Source: a virus. Taken from it: DNA of 63,913 nt. The notes below the pieces were generated by a model that made no database searches, was not told the DNA's origin, and saw nothing but the letters and a program-made list of their open reading frames with translations. The stretch covers positions 1 to 63,913 of the IMG/VR virus record IMGVR_UViG_3300048918_000192. One strand, given 5' to 3'. Of this stretch, positions 27,229 through 36,583 are shown one piece after another. Position numbers and translations under genes: made by a program. Within the stretch, counting starts at the first letter, position 1, and each line of letters starts with the position of its first letter.

Positions 27229-27954
27229 TTATACTCCGAGTATCTTTGCAAAGACAGCGCTTAGAACAGGCGTTTCAACCGCAGCCAGCGCCCCGCTTCG
27301 GTCTTTCGCTTCGAACTGCAGATCCGGTTGGGTCTGCAGGAATCGATACTTTTCCCCTTGCGGGGTCTGGCCGATACCGAGGCGGAATACCTCGTCGAAG
27401 AAGTAGGGCAGCTTATTGCCGAGCTTCGCTCCAGGCATTGCTGGCCCATATTTGATTACGCCAGTGAGCTCGTCTTTGTTCGGCTCCTGCTTGGCGCTAA
27501 GGATAACGTTCTTGTTCGGCAGGTCGCGGAAGAGGCGCACAAGCGTTTCCATCTTCTCAATCAGCTCGCCGTACGCTTGCCGCGGGTCTTTGACCTGTCG
27601 CTTAGCGTTGTTAAGCACGACCTCAGCGATCTCGCTGATGCTGTCCATGCCGACGGTCTGGAACTGTGCTGCCTGAGCACTGCCCGCGCACCAATTATAG
27701 GCGTCAGTAAGGTCCTCGACCGTCTTAACCTCAATGATGGGCATGTTGTAACAGATGTACGGATTGCCGACGCCGTAGAGGCGTTCAAGGTTCTGTTGGC
27801 GGAGCGAAAGCGCACCTGACTCCGCGCTGATAAGCACAGGAGTTGGAGCTGTGGCCATTAGAACCGTCTTACCGGCACCCGCGCCGCCATAGACAAGGGC
27901 TTTGATACCCGCTGTCATTGATGCGTGGTTCGCATCGGTGAAGTTAAGCGCCAC
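27229..27954 (-). CDS. Sak4-like / AAA_24 RecA-fold recombination ATPase
   Basis: 241 aa with a GTG start after AAGGAG. Walker A is VYGGAGAGKT. The size and context match Sak4-type proteins. Confidence 0.65.
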   Translation of the reverse strand: MALNFTDANHASMTAGIKALVYGGAGAGKTVLMATAPTPVLISAESGALSLRQQNLERLYGVGNPYICYNMPIIEVKTVEDLTDAYNWCAGSAQAAQFQTVGMDSISEIAEVVLNNAKRQVKDPRQAYGELIEKMETLVRLFRDLPNKNVILSAKQEPNKDELTGVIKYGPAMPGAKLGNKLPYFFDEVFRLGIGQTPQGEKYRFLQTQPDLQFEAKDRSGALAAVETPVLSAVFAKILGV

Positions 27955-28019
27955 CCGAATCTCCTTGTCAATAGCGGTTGCATACCCTAGCGCCCCTTCG
28001 CGCGAGAAGCAAGATTAAA

Positions 28020-28970
28020 CTACGAGATGTCCGAAGAATCTTTGAAGCTCTGCCACGTCGGAAAGCGCGGCTTGTCTTTAATCCCTTTCGGGAAGAACTT
28101 CGCTTTGTGGACCTGTTCCATAAACTCTTCTTGAGCAATGAAATAGGCCTTGCGTTGGTCGTGGTTCAGGCACCCTGCTCCGACACGGACCTCGGCACCT
28201 TTCTCGAACAGTACCTCGCCCGAGACGGGGTCTTTGACCACATCTAGCGTTGTGCCGAGCATGGCGCCAATCATACCGTTGGCGACCTTGTTCTCTTGGT
28301 GCGAGCTCCGGAACGTGTGGCCCAGCTCATTGGTTTGAGCTTCGTTCTGGTTCTCTTCGCCCTCGATAATCTCATGCACCTTGAATTCAAAGTCGACGAA
28401 GCGCTTGATCCGTAGCAACCCGCCCTCGGTTGGCGTACTTCGGCCCTGCTTGTGCTTACCTTTCAAGGAACGGATGCAAACGCCCTCGAACCCCGCTGCA
28501 AGCATCTTGTTCTCGTAGTCGAGCAAGTGATCTAAGCTGCTCACAAGCTCAAACGGAATGGGGCGTAAGTGATGCCACTGGTCAGGAGCTTCGTCCTTGA
28601 TGCGCTCAAGCTCCTTGGGTATGAGCTCCGAGCACCTGTGGAAGTAAGGCAGCTGAGCCGTCTCAGGCGTTACGATGTCGAAAATCCACCACAGGAGATA
28701 GGGTTCTCCTTTGATGGTGCCCGTCGCGCTGCTGGTGAGGCGACAAAGGTCTGGATGGTTTTCGCGTTCACCCGCAAGTTCCCCGTCAAGCCCAGCGAGT
28801 GCGCTGTGTCCGAAGAAGTGGGTGATGTGTTGGTTCTTGAAGGGCTTAAGGCTTCGCCCTGTAAACTTGCCGGTCGTATGGAGGGCACGGACACCATCTA
28901 TCTTAGGTTGCGCGATGAGCGGAAACGTGAGCTTCGCTTCAACGAAGTCACTTGCAAGCATAGGTTTCAT
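28020..28970 (-). CDS. ATP-dependent DNA ligase
   Basis: 316 aa. The adenylation motif I is AQPKIDGVRAL (KxDG). FEGVCIR and LLRIKRF resemble motifs IV and V. Confidence 0.8.
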   Translation of the reverse strand: MKPMLASDFVEAKLTFPLIAQPKIDGVRALHTTGKFTGRSLKPFKNQHITHFFGHSALAGLDGELAGERENHPDLCRLTSSATGTIKGEPYLLWWIFDIVTPETAQLPYFHRCSELIPKELERIKDEAPDQWHHLRPIPFELVSSLDHLLDYENKMLAAGFEGVCIRSLKGKHKQGRSTPTEGGLLRIKRFVDFEFKVHEIIEGEENQNEAQTNELGHTFRSSHQENKVANGMIGAMLGTTLDVVKDPVSGEVLFEKGAEVRVGAGCLNHDQRKAYFIAQEEFMEQVHKAKFFPKGIKDKPRFPTWQSFKDSSDIS

Positions 28971-29290
28971 TCTTTGCCGAGCTCCTCTTTGAGCTGCTCC
29001 ACAATGCGTTCTAAGTCCGCAAAGCGAAGCAAGCCACCCTTGACGAAGGGCTTAATGTTATCGATGATATCGTCGAGCGACTGGTCGTAGTTCTTACCAG
29101 CCGTCTCCGCACGATAGTTGACGCAACCGATCTTGTGCGTACAGTCACAAGGGTCTGGATGCTCATGAACGTCGTCCAACGCATCGGTGAAGTCACCCAT
29201 CGTCGTGGCGGGAGTTCCGCGCTGTACTAGGATAGCAACGAGCTCCCCACGGAACAGGATTTCGTCACCAATACGTTGGACGTCTTGCAT
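28967..29290 (-). CDS. Hypothetical protein
   Basis: 107 aa with 4-nt overlaps on both sides. Confidence 0.5.
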   Translation of the reverse strand: MQDVQRIGDEILFRGELVAILVQRGTPATTMGDFTDALDDVHEHPDPCDCTHKIGCVNYRAETAGKNYDQSLDDIIDNIKPFVKGGLLRFADLERIVEQLKEELGKE

Positions 29291-29940
29291 TACTCAGCTC
29301 CGAAGAACGCTTTGGCTGTGTTGGGGAAGTTACCCTCGAGAACGTCCTTACAGAGATTCGCGATGTAACGATGCTCCGCCTGGACACCTTCCGCGGTACG
29401 CTCCGCGATGTAGTGAAGCCATGTGCGGACGGAGAAGTGCAGATACATAACCGTCGGAACAAGTCCCTCCGGTAGGACGGTCCGCGCTACCTCCTTGGCG
29501 ACACCCTTGCTCAACCAATACTTGTAGTCGGCTTCGTCGCGGGCAGCTTTCTCGCGGATGTAATGGTCCCACTCCTCCGCAATGTCCTTCTCCTCCTGCG
29601 TCTCAGGCAAGCGAGATAGCTGCCTGTTGGTAGGATGCTGGAAGCGGCATTCGCGGGTCGTCAGAAGTTCGCCATATTCGGCGTACCTACCAGAGAACTC
29701 CTGATAGCCGATCGCGGACAGGTGCCGCAGTATCTGGCGACCGACATCGCGGGTTGTGGTTACTTCAATACACATAGCCGCCATCTGAAAAGGCGACCAG
29801 TGATTGTGGTTGATGAGATACCGAATCAATCGGTCCGACGGGGCGTCCCTATTGCCAGGGTTACTCACCCTGGCAATATCGGCAATCAGCTTGTCTCCGT
29901 TTGGAGTACAATGGACGAGCTTGATTGAATGGTTCTTCAT
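29290..29940 (-). CDS. thyX: ThyX-like flavin-dependent thymidylate synthase homolog with a divergent signature
   Basis: 216 aa. LIRYLINHNHWSPFQ...RQILRHLSAIGYQEFSGRY aligns with T. maritima LIEYLMKHGHETPFE...RQWFRHRIASYNELSGRY. The RHR motif is RHL here, and there is a 1-residue insertion. Confidence 0.65.
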   Translation of the reverse strand: MKNHSIKLVHCTPNGDKLIADIARVSNPGNRDAPSDRLIRYLINHNHWSPFQMAAMCIEVTTTRDVGRQILRHLSAIGYQEFSGRYAEYGELLTTRECRFQHPTNRQLSRLPETQEEKDIAEEWDHYIREKAARDEADYKYWLSKGVAKEVARTVLPEGLVPTVMYLHFSVRTWLHYIAERTAEGVQAEHRYIANLCKDVLEGNFPNTAKAFFGAE

Positions 29941-30524
29941 CAGCTTTGCGGCGCCGACGGAGGGGACTGCGGCTCGACCGTCGGAGCGGACAACGACGCG
30001 GTCGTCTGCTCAAACAGCTTGCGAGCTTCGGAGCCTTCCGGCAGCGAAGAGCGGAACGATTCGAGCAGGTTCTCACGCTGCTTGACACGCTCGACCTCGA
30101 GCATGGCGCCGCCGAATTCCTTCTCCCGCTTGTTGAGCGCGAGGTACTCGGTCGTATCGACCTTGCTCACCGCCCACTTGTAGTCGAAGTTGGCGTCGAC
30201 GTCAATGTCCGGCGCTTCGTCCACGCGGAGCACGTTGACCACAGCAAGGTCACCGCCCGGATCGAGGACAACGAGATGCTGGCCAGCCTTGACGTCCCAT
30301 GCCTTCGGCACCTTGTAGACGTACGACTGCGGACGCTTGCCGCGAGCGGGCTGCTTCATCCGCATCTCCAAGCGCGGGTCTTCACCCTGCCACGGCGTGT
30401 GGATTTCGACGCTCTCGATCGTAACGTCGTACTCGCCCGGCGGCAGGAGTGAACCCGTACCGAACGCAACATGGACGGTCGTAAACGACTGGTCCAAGAG
30501 TGAGAACATATGCTTATGCTTCAT
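29940..30524 (-). CDS. Hypothetical protein
   Basis: 194 aa with a strong AAGGAG 8 nt upstream of the ATG. Confidence 0.55.
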   Translation of the reverse strand: MKHKHMFSLLDQSFTTVHVAFGTGSLLPPGEYDVTIESVEIHTPWQGEDPRLEMRMKQPARGKRPQSYVYKVPKAWDVKAGQHLVVLDPGGDLAVVNVLRVDEAPDIDVDANFDYKWAVSKVDTTEYLALNKREKEFGGAMLEVERVKQRENLLESFRSSLPEGSEARKLFEQTTASLSAPTVEPQSPPSAPQS

Positions 30525-30529
30525 GACTT

Positions 30530-31000
30530 CTACTCCTTAGAGTCCGTAAGTATCCACTCACGGGCCAACCTCAACCCATCTTTAGCTCGCTTGTCACAGA
30601 GGTTGTTTGTGACGAATCGAGCCTCGGGACGCGACGTGTGTCCCTTCACATGCCTGAAACTGAAAGTGAATCCAGTCCCACGCTTGAGTTCAAAGAACAG
30701 CTCCTTGGCGTCCTTCTCGTGCTGCGTTAGACGCTTGCGCAATCCGGTGAACGAATCGATTGCACCTTGGCAGTCCGTCTGCAGCAGAGCATGGTCGCCC
30801 TTCTGAAGCAGTTCTCTCTTTGCGGCGACAGCGACCGCGTTGATGATTGCCATCATTTCGGCTGCGATGGATCCAGACACCTTTTGGCGTATGAACCCTC
30901 CGCCTCCGTGCTTCCCCCGCTCGGTAGCTATCCAGTAGCCGTATCCAGCGGCACCTGTATCCGAGCAGTGGGAAGCATCGGCTATGATTGTTACCCTCAT
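30530..31000 (-). CDS. RNase H (RNase HI fold)
   Basis: 156 aa counted from MRVTIIADAS, with an ATGA overlap onto the upstream gene. The DEDD-type residues are ADAS, AAEMMAI, QTDC and KGH...NNLCDKRAK. Confidence 0.65.
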   Translation of the reverse strand: MRVTIIADASHCSDTGAAGYGYWIATERGKHGGGGFIRQKVSGSIAAEMMAIINAVAVAAKRELLQKGDHALLQTDCQGAIDSFTGLRKRLTQHEKDAKELFFELKRGTGFTFSFRHVKGHTSRPEARFVTNNLCDKRAKDGLRLAREWILTDSKE

Positions 31001-31443
31001 GCTGGACGCTTGGGGATAGTAATGTCCAGCTGAGGGGAACCAGGCTTGATCACAAGGCACTGGTCGAATGCGTGGCGCTCTACCTCCGTGAGCTTGCGGT
31101 ACTCGCTGAGGACCAATTCTGGCTTCCAGCGAATCAGCTTGGTGAGGTCGAGTTGCGGAAGGTTGGAACCCTCTGCAGCAATCGCTTCGCGCAGCCCCTC
31201 GAGCTGCTGCTCATCAACCGAGCGGTTGATTACATGGTCCGCGCACAGGACAGCACCAGTGCCATCATTGAGCGGATGCTTGTTGTCCTTCGCCCCTTCG
31301 GTGGGGTTCGGAAAGAAGTATTTGAAGATGCGACCGCGAAGCATTGCTTCCGCACCCTTTACCTCGGCCAGCTGCTTCTTCAGCTTAAACCAAGTAGTCA
31401 AGTCCTCGGTGGTGACTGCCACCTGTTCTGAAAGGTCTACCAT
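30997..31443 (-). CDS. Hypothetical protein
   Basis: 148 aa counted from the ATG 7 nt after AAGGAG (MVDLSEQ...). A promoter-like element lies immediately upstream. Confidence 0.55.
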   Translation of the reverse strand: MVDLSEQVAVTTEDLTTWFKLKKQLAEVKGAEAMLRGRIFKYFFPNPTEGAKDNKHPLNDGTGAVLCADHVINRSVDEQQLEGLREAIAAEGSNLPQLDLTKLIRWKPELVLSEYRKLTEVERHAFDQCLVIKPGSPQLDITIPKRPA

Positions 31444-31475
31444 CTGACTGCTCCTTGCTTGCATTGCGTACCCTG

Positions 31476-31507
31476 TTTATAGGCGCAAGGCGCGCAATGC
31501 AAGCGAA
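31476..31507 (-). promoter_or_regulatory. Promoter-like element TTCGCTTGCA-N16-TATAAA (minus strand)
   Basis: The reverse complement of 31498-31507 is TTCGCTTGCA and that of 31476-31481 is TATAAA. The architecture matches 38822-38853 and 52497-52528. Confidence 0.55.
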
Positions 31508-31521
31508 AAGGTCCGTCCGAA

Positions 31522-32199
31522 TTATTCCTCGGGGTCGCCCAAAGGTTCGTTGACTGTCTTATGCGGTACACGCACAGGCGGTGGCTCGACCGGCTCGCCT
31601 GGGAACGGCTTGCGCTGAGGCGCTTTGTCTGCTCGTGCGTGGGCACCGGCGTCGGTGTACTTCAGGCCGTCGTAGCGCACCTTCAGCTTGGCGATGTTCT
31701 CACGTAGAGCTTCAACCCGCTCAACGCCGAACATATATCCGATCGTGACAGCGTACTTGGCGCATTCCGTCATGGCGACGGTTAGCTTGCCAAGCTCGAG
31801 CTCCTTGTTGTAGATAGCAGCCTTCTTAATGTAGTCCAAGACCTGCGCACCATAGACGGAGCACTGGGCGCCGTACATAAGCATCGAGTCCGGACCAAGG
31901 TGCTGATTGCGAGCGAACGCAGTAATGCCGTCCCAATCGAGCTCCATCGTAAGGCGCTGACAGATCTGCTCGATGTAGAAGAACAGGTCGCCCAGCTCCT
32001 CAACGACATTCTTGCGTCCTTCTTCGATCGTAGCGTTGCCCGTGACCACAAGCACAAGGCCCTCAAGCAGCTCGCCACACTCACCGGAGACGCCTGTTGC
32101 CCCATGCCAGAGATCGGTCGTCTGCTGTGACAGGGTTGCCATGATAGCGGCAGGTGGCTTAACTAGAGCAGCCACAAGCTCTGGATGTGTAACGTCCAT
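31522..32199 (-). CDS. mazG: MazG-like nucleoside triphosphate pyrophosphohydrolase
   Basis: 225 aa. GECGELLE...VEELGDLFFYIEQI is the EExxE...ExxD metal-binding pattern of MazG/all-alpha NTP-PPases. Confidence 0.65.
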   Translation of the reverse strand: MDVTHPELVAALVKPPAAIMATLSQQTTDLWHGATGVSGECGELLEGLVLVVTGNATIEEGRKNVVEELGDLFFYIEQICQRLTMELDWDGITAFARNQHLGPDSMLMYGAQCSVYGAQVLDYIKKAAIYNKELELGKLTVAMTECAKYAVTIGYMFGVERVEALRENIAKLKVRYDGLKYTDAGAHARADKAPQRKPFPGEPVEPPPVRVPHKTVNEPLGDPEE

Positions 32200-32211
32200 T
32201 GTCTTCTCCTT

Positions 32212-34734
32212 CTAATGGCTGTCCGACGCCATGGACTCGTAATCGGGCAGCTTAATGATACGGAAGGCACGTCCATGATAGTTGTACATCTCGACCAGTT
32301 TGTCGCCTTTGACTTCCATAATGTAGCCAGATGCAACAAGCTGCTGGAGAGTTTCGTCCAGCGCTTTGTTGGCGCCGAACTTGTGCTTGTAGAAGGCGCT
32401 TGCACGAGACGTCCGCTGTTGCAGATACGGACGCGGAACGATACCCGCTTTCCGCATGTCGTCAGGCACCTTGTAGCTGGGCGGAATTGGTTTGGACAGG
32501 AACTCCTGTATGACTGCGACAGCCTTGCGCTCACGCGACGTATCATTAAGGCCGACATCACCGCTGCTCAACCGCTTGCGCATGATATCAATGTCCGCCA
32601 TGATAAGCGCAATCGCCCAGTCTGCATGTTCCTTCGTCATGACAGGGTTCATGTAGTTGTCAGCCACCGCTAAGATAGCTGCAACCCGCAAGACCTTCAG
32701 AGTGGCACGGTTCCACATCTGCCTACGCGCTTCGTCCTGTGTACCACGGATATTGTCCGCAGCTTGCAGGCTGAACTTGTTTAGGATGAGCGCAGCTTCT
32801 TCCGTCCGGTTAACGAACTGCGATTGACCGTTACCGATGTTAGCATCCGCTTGGAACGCCATACCGCATAGATACTTAGTCAAGGCGCTGTCGGGATACT
32901 CAATCATATTGGGGTTTGCGTCTGGACGGTCACCGTCGTACGCTATGACTAGAAAGCGGGATAGGAACCCGTCTTCCATCATGGACTCAGTTAAGCTGTC
33001 GTAGAACGTCTGCGGAGTGGATTCGCCCACCATGCTATAAGCGACGGACTGGAGCGCTTCAATGTTGTTCTCAACAGAGCTGTATCCAATGCCGCCAACG
33101 ATGCTCATGGGCGCGGACTTCTGATACAGGTTAGTCATTTGCGTTCGTAGTGTGGTCATTGGACCCTCGCGCTCGTCTTCCATAGCGATGCGCTTCATCC
33201 TGCGTCCCCATTCACCGGACACATTAACGAACGACGTATTCTGCGCACATGCCTTGATAAGCGCGGGCCCTGACGCATACTCTGTGAAGTCCACGAAGTT
33301 GCCAAACTGTGGGAAGTCACGGATGCAAGCGCTAACGACGGTCGAGATACCTGTGTGGAGCGCTTCCTTACCGATAGCAGACCGCGCGACAAGCACGATG
33401 TACAGGTTAAGTCCAGACTTGGGTATGTGCCACGCCTTGCCACAGATACCTGACAGCAGACCAAGCGCCGCGGAGACAGCTACTTCCTTGATTGGTAGGA
33501 AGCTGTTGTTATAGATGAACTGTGCTAGCGCGCCGACCATGCCCGGAGGCCAGGGCAACCCCTCAGCGCCAGCAGCTACAGCAGATTCAGTGACGGGGGC
33601 AAGCTGTGCGAGCGCTGCTTCGGGCGGCGGAGACGTAACCACAGGCTCGCCTGTGCCGGGCACCTGTAGCGGCGCCACTGTGCGGGGAGGTACTGTACCG
33701 AAAGCACCCGCCACCGCTGTAGCCGGCGGCGCGCCGCCCTGTAAGCGTTGAATCTCTTCGCGGGCAAGGTCACGAATGGTGTCTGCCGCTGCAAGGATAC
33801 CGCTCAGCTCAACACTGCGCTCCCTAGCTTGACGGTCACGGATGGTCTTAAGCGTGTTGTCGATATAGCGGTTGTCTTTTTGAGCCTTCTCCCGCTTACC
33901 TAATCCGCTTTCGCGAAACAACCTCCTGCACTGCTCATTCGATTCGCTGTAGAAGGTGAACATGGACATGAGGGCCAAGTCTGCTTCTGACTGCGACGGG
34001 AAGTTAAACTGGTCCTCACGCCAAAGGCCTTTCCACAGCTTGCCAAACTTGTCCGAGTTGGCAGCATTGATGGCAACGTGGAGGATATACCAGTCGTCTG
34101 CTTCCTGTGGTATCTCTTCAAGGTCCAGCACCTTAGCAACAGGGCGCATCTGATGCACCATGTTAGCAAGGAGGTATTCCCTGTCCTCTACGGGTTTGTT
34201 GACGTAGACGTCGCCCGTCGAGATGATGAACCGCTCTTGCGAGTAGATTTCGATCCCATCTCTACGAAAACCTCTTCCGATGTTCCCTTTGACCCAAACG
34301 TGGATCCCCTTGCCCGATTTAGACCGCTCCGTGTAAGACCCGAAGTGCTCAATAATCGAGACATAACGTTCGAAGTCATCTGCGGTTGTCCACTTCTCAG
34401 GTTTATCTGGATGGGTAACAGCGTCCTTAACGTCCAAGTCAATACACGTGAACGGGTCTGCTGAGTTTAGAATGTAGCCTATGTCCAAACCCGTCTGGCG
34501 CACATGGACGCCTTCGTTCGTGACGTGTGTGGTAACAGTCTCACGGTTGTCCCAAGCAATCTGACACGCTTGCTCAAAGGACATCCATGTGGATGGTTCT
34601 GTAACGCTGATAAGACGCAGCCCACCTTGAGGCGCTACTGCCATAGGCGCTTTAGACGCGCCAGCGACCGCCCATTGCGGGCGTTCCTTCATCTCGTAAG
34701 GTAGGTTGCTCCAGAGAGCAGCGTGTTTGCTCAC
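32212..34734 (-). CDS. Bifunctional primase-polymerase / helicase (Prim-Pol + PriCT-like + DUF3987-like ATPase)
   Basis: 840 aa with a GTG start. It has CIDLDVKD and SKSGKGIHVWV (prim-pol), PSQSEADLALMSMFTFYS (PriCT-like) and a P-loop-like ARSAIGKE. Confidence 0.7.
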   Translation of the reverse strand: MSKHAALWSNLPYEMKERPQWAVAGASKAPMAVAPQGGLRLISVTEPSTWMSFEQACQIAWDNRETVTTHVTNEGVHVRQTGLDIGYILNSADPFTCIDLDVKDAVTHPDKPEKWTTADDFERYVSIIEHFGSYTERSKSGKGIHVWVKGNIGRGFRRDGIEIYSQERFIISTGDVYVNKPVEDREYLLANMVHQMRPVAKVLDLEEIPQEADDWYILHVAINAANSDKFGKLWKGLWREDQFNFPSQSEADLALMSMFTFYSESNEQCRRLFRESGLGKREKAQKDNRYIDNTLKTIRDRQARERSVELSGILAAADTIRDLAREEIQRLQGGAPPATAVAGAFGTVPPRTVAPLQVPGTGEPVVTSPPPEAALAQLAPVTESAVAAGAEGLPWPPGMVGALAQFIYNNSFLPIKEVAVSAALGLLSGICGKAWHIPKSGLNLYIVLVARSAIGKEALHTGISTVVSACIRDFPQFGNFVDFTEYASGPALIKACAQNTSFVNVSGEWGRRMKRIAMEDEREGPMTTLRTQMTNLYQKSAPMSIVGGIGYSSVENNIEALQSVAYSMVGESTPQTFYDSLTESMMEDGFLSRFLVIAYDGDRPDANPNMIEYPDSALTKYLCGMAFQADANIGNGQSQFVNRTEEAALILNKFSLQAADNIRGTQDEARRQMWNRATLKVLRVAAILAVADNYMNPVMTKEHADWAIALIMADIDIMRKRLSSGDVGLNDTSRERKAVAVIQEFLSKPIPPSYKVPDDMRKAGIVPRPYLQQRTSRASAFYKHKFGANKALDETLQQLVASGYIMEVKGDKLVEMYNYHGRAFRIIKLPDYESMASDSH

Positions 34735-34964
34735 TGCCCCTTCCTCGATGCGATAGCCTTAGCCCAGTCTTGCATCATGGGCACAGCTAACGATCGAGGC
34801 CAAAGCATGATATGCGCATCCCCATTGGCGCGCCTTATCACGATTGCTTCAGGTAGCTTCCCTGCTCGTACACCATTGAAAACGGTGGAACGATTAACGC
34901 CGAGGGTTTGACAGATCTCTGTTGAGCTGATGTACTGTTCATCAAACTGTTGTTGCAGAGACAA
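34731..34964 (-). CDS. Small helix-turn-helix DNA-binding protein (AlpA/excisionase-like)
   Basis: 77 aa with a TTG start. ISSTEICQTLGVNRSTVFNGVRAGKLP is an HTH-type segment. Confidence 0.5.
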   Translation of the reverse strand: MSLQQQFDEQYISSTEICQTLGVNRSTVFNGVRAGKLPEAIVIRRANGDAHIMLWPRSLAVPMMQDWAKAIASRKGQ

Positions 34965-35075
34965 GCGCTCTTCCCCCGTTCAGACTATATGGTGACAGCA
35001 TTACGCTTCTGAACCGAAGCGGGGTGGCGTGTCCTAACAGCACTACTTGCTTAACAGCCGTTGCAGAAATCGCAA

Positions 35076-35759
35076 CTACTGTTTTGCAATCAAACTGTTA
35101 ATTTCTGTGCGTAACTTTTGTATCCGCTCTTTGAAGTCTTGAGCAGCTTCCTTGCGGCGCTTGGCAGCGTCCTCCATAGCAGCCTGATGCCGCTTGGTTT
35201 CCTCAAGCAAAAGCGCATCCGTATCTTCTGCATCTTGCTTGAGTTGAGTAACGTAACCCTCAAGCTCTGCCACTTGCGCTTGCACCTGTGGATCTTGCTG
35301 CTTAAGAACTTTCTTGCCAGGCGACCTGTGCGAACGTGTCTTAGCCATGCGCTCACGATTGCGTCTGCGTTCGCGGTCCTCTTTCGATTCGCCTGGGTTG
35401 GCCACATCCCTGTCCACGGACTGCAACCATTGAACAGCTCTGTTGTACCACAGACGCATGGCGTCCATGAACGTAACAGGTTCGATATTAGGTGCGTGGT
35501 TGATGTTCCATGCGAAGTGTACAATGGACGGAACTGGCAGCGTTGCGGGCTTGTCAGGCGTTGGGGCCCACCAATCCACTAGCTGCCAGAACGATACCAA
35601 ATCCGCATCTGTTATGAACAGGTGGAACGGTTGCTGTATCTGTCCAACGTTAGGGGCATGGTTCAAGAATAGGTAACGATGGACTTCCTGCAAAGTGACA
35701 TCGCGTTCACCCATGCGATGCCGCAAGACTTCCAGTTCCCTGTTCTCAACAATTATCAT
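35076..35759 (-). CDS. Early protein of unknown function with a basic stretch and a C-terminal coiled coil
   Basis: 227 aa. RERRRNRERMAKTR has N-x7-R spacing reminiscent of a bZIP basic region. A heptad-like Q/E/K-rich tail follows. Confidence 0.5.
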   Translation of the reverse strand: MIIVENRELEVLRHRMGERDVTLQEVHRYLFLNHAPNVGQIQQPFHLFITDADLVSFWQLVDWWAPTPDKPATLPVPSIVHFAWNINHAPNIEPVTFMDAMRLWYNRAVQWLQSVDRDVANPGESKEDRERRRNRERMAKTRSHRSPGKKVLKQQDPQVQAQVAELEGYVTQLKQDAEDTDALLLEETKRHQAAMEDAAKRRKEAAQDFKERIQKLRTEINSLIAKQ

Positions 35760-36007
35760 CTGCGTCCAAACCCGTTCACATAGACGATAGCTAATTCCAT
35801 TTCGTCTGGCCCGAACACCTTAAACGTTTCGCCTACACGATGCCAACGACGAATGTCCATCGACGGGTAATAAAGGCAAATGCGTATCTCATTGCCAAGC
35901 AGGGCAGTTAGGCGTTGGAAGCCCGTTCGCGTACGAGCAACATCCAACGCCATAGCCAACTCAGCAGCTAGAGCTTGGCGCTCGGGTCTGCTGTGGTCCA
36001 CTATCAC
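35756..36007 (-). CDS. Hypothetical protein
   Basis: 83 aa with ATGA-type overlaps on both sides. Confidence 0.45.
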   Translation of the reverse strand: MIVDHSRPERQALAAELAMALDVARTRTGFQRLTALLGNEIRICLYYPSMDIRRWHRVGETFKVFGPDEMELAIVYVNGFGRR

Positions 36008-36501
36008 CGCCCAACTTGGCGTAGTTTGTACGCCCAGGCCCTCGCAATAGCTGCGGATAGAACAGACGCACAGTTACCCTTGCCCCACGCGAATGTCTCC
36101 ATCCGCAGACCAGGCATAGCAGGATCGGATCCAACGCCGTTAAGCCATAACGACATGGATGCAGTACAGTTGACGCCCTGCGCTGCCGCAGGCATCTGCT
36201 CTGTTCCACCCGCAAGCCAACCCTTCGGACGTAGCTTTAACGCTGTGTCGATGGTAGTCGTGTAGAGGGCAGCGGTGGATGCTGTGGTCATGCCATCCAA
36301 CGTCTTGGCGGGTTCCTTGACTAACGCAAGTAGCTGTGAGTTGAGGCTTGCGTTTGGCGTTGCGTTCTGCTCCAGCACCTTGGCGAGTGCTTCTAGCTGC
36401 GCTGACGTTGTGAGCGTGGCACCATGCGCCGGGCGAGTGGTGAAGATCAGCACTGCCACGATCGCGATAATGGCAAGTAATAGGATATGAATACGTTTCA
36501 C
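36004..36501 (-). CDS. Secreted or membrane-anchored protein (signal peptide)
   Basis: 165 aa with a GTG start after AAGGAG. The N-terminal MKRIHILLLAIIAIVAVLIFTTRPAHG is signal-peptide-like. Confidence 0.55.
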   Translation of the reverse strand: MKRIHILLLAIIAIVAVLIFTTRPAHGATLTTSAQLEALAKVLEQNATPNASLNSQLLALVKEPAKTLDGMTTASTAALYTTTIDTALKLRPKGWLAGGTEQMPAAAQGVNCTASMSLWLNGVGSDPAMPGLRMETFAWGKGNCASVLSAAIARAWAYKLRQVGR

Positions 36502-36525
36502 GTTGACTTCTCCTTGCTACAGGGT

Positions 36526-36578
36526 GGTGCGATGCGATAGCTGTGGAGCGGAAAGGACCTAGGCTAACGCATCGCACC
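36526..36578 (-). other. 11-bp perfect inverted repeat (ggtgcgatgcg / cgcatcgcacc) with a 31-nt loop
   Basis: The arms are 36526-36536 and 36568-36578. It lies in the 82-nt gap between two minus-strand genes and has no U tract. Confidence 0.6.
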
Positions 36579-36583
36579 CTCCA

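Noticed and set aside
26222-27264. Several long ORFs on both strands (26253..26813, 26257..27264, 26222..26605, 26484..26837)
   Set aside because: All are alternative frames of the (CAGCCG)n-like repeat, where stop codons are absent in every frame. Only the frame continuous with the DUF669 domain is credible.
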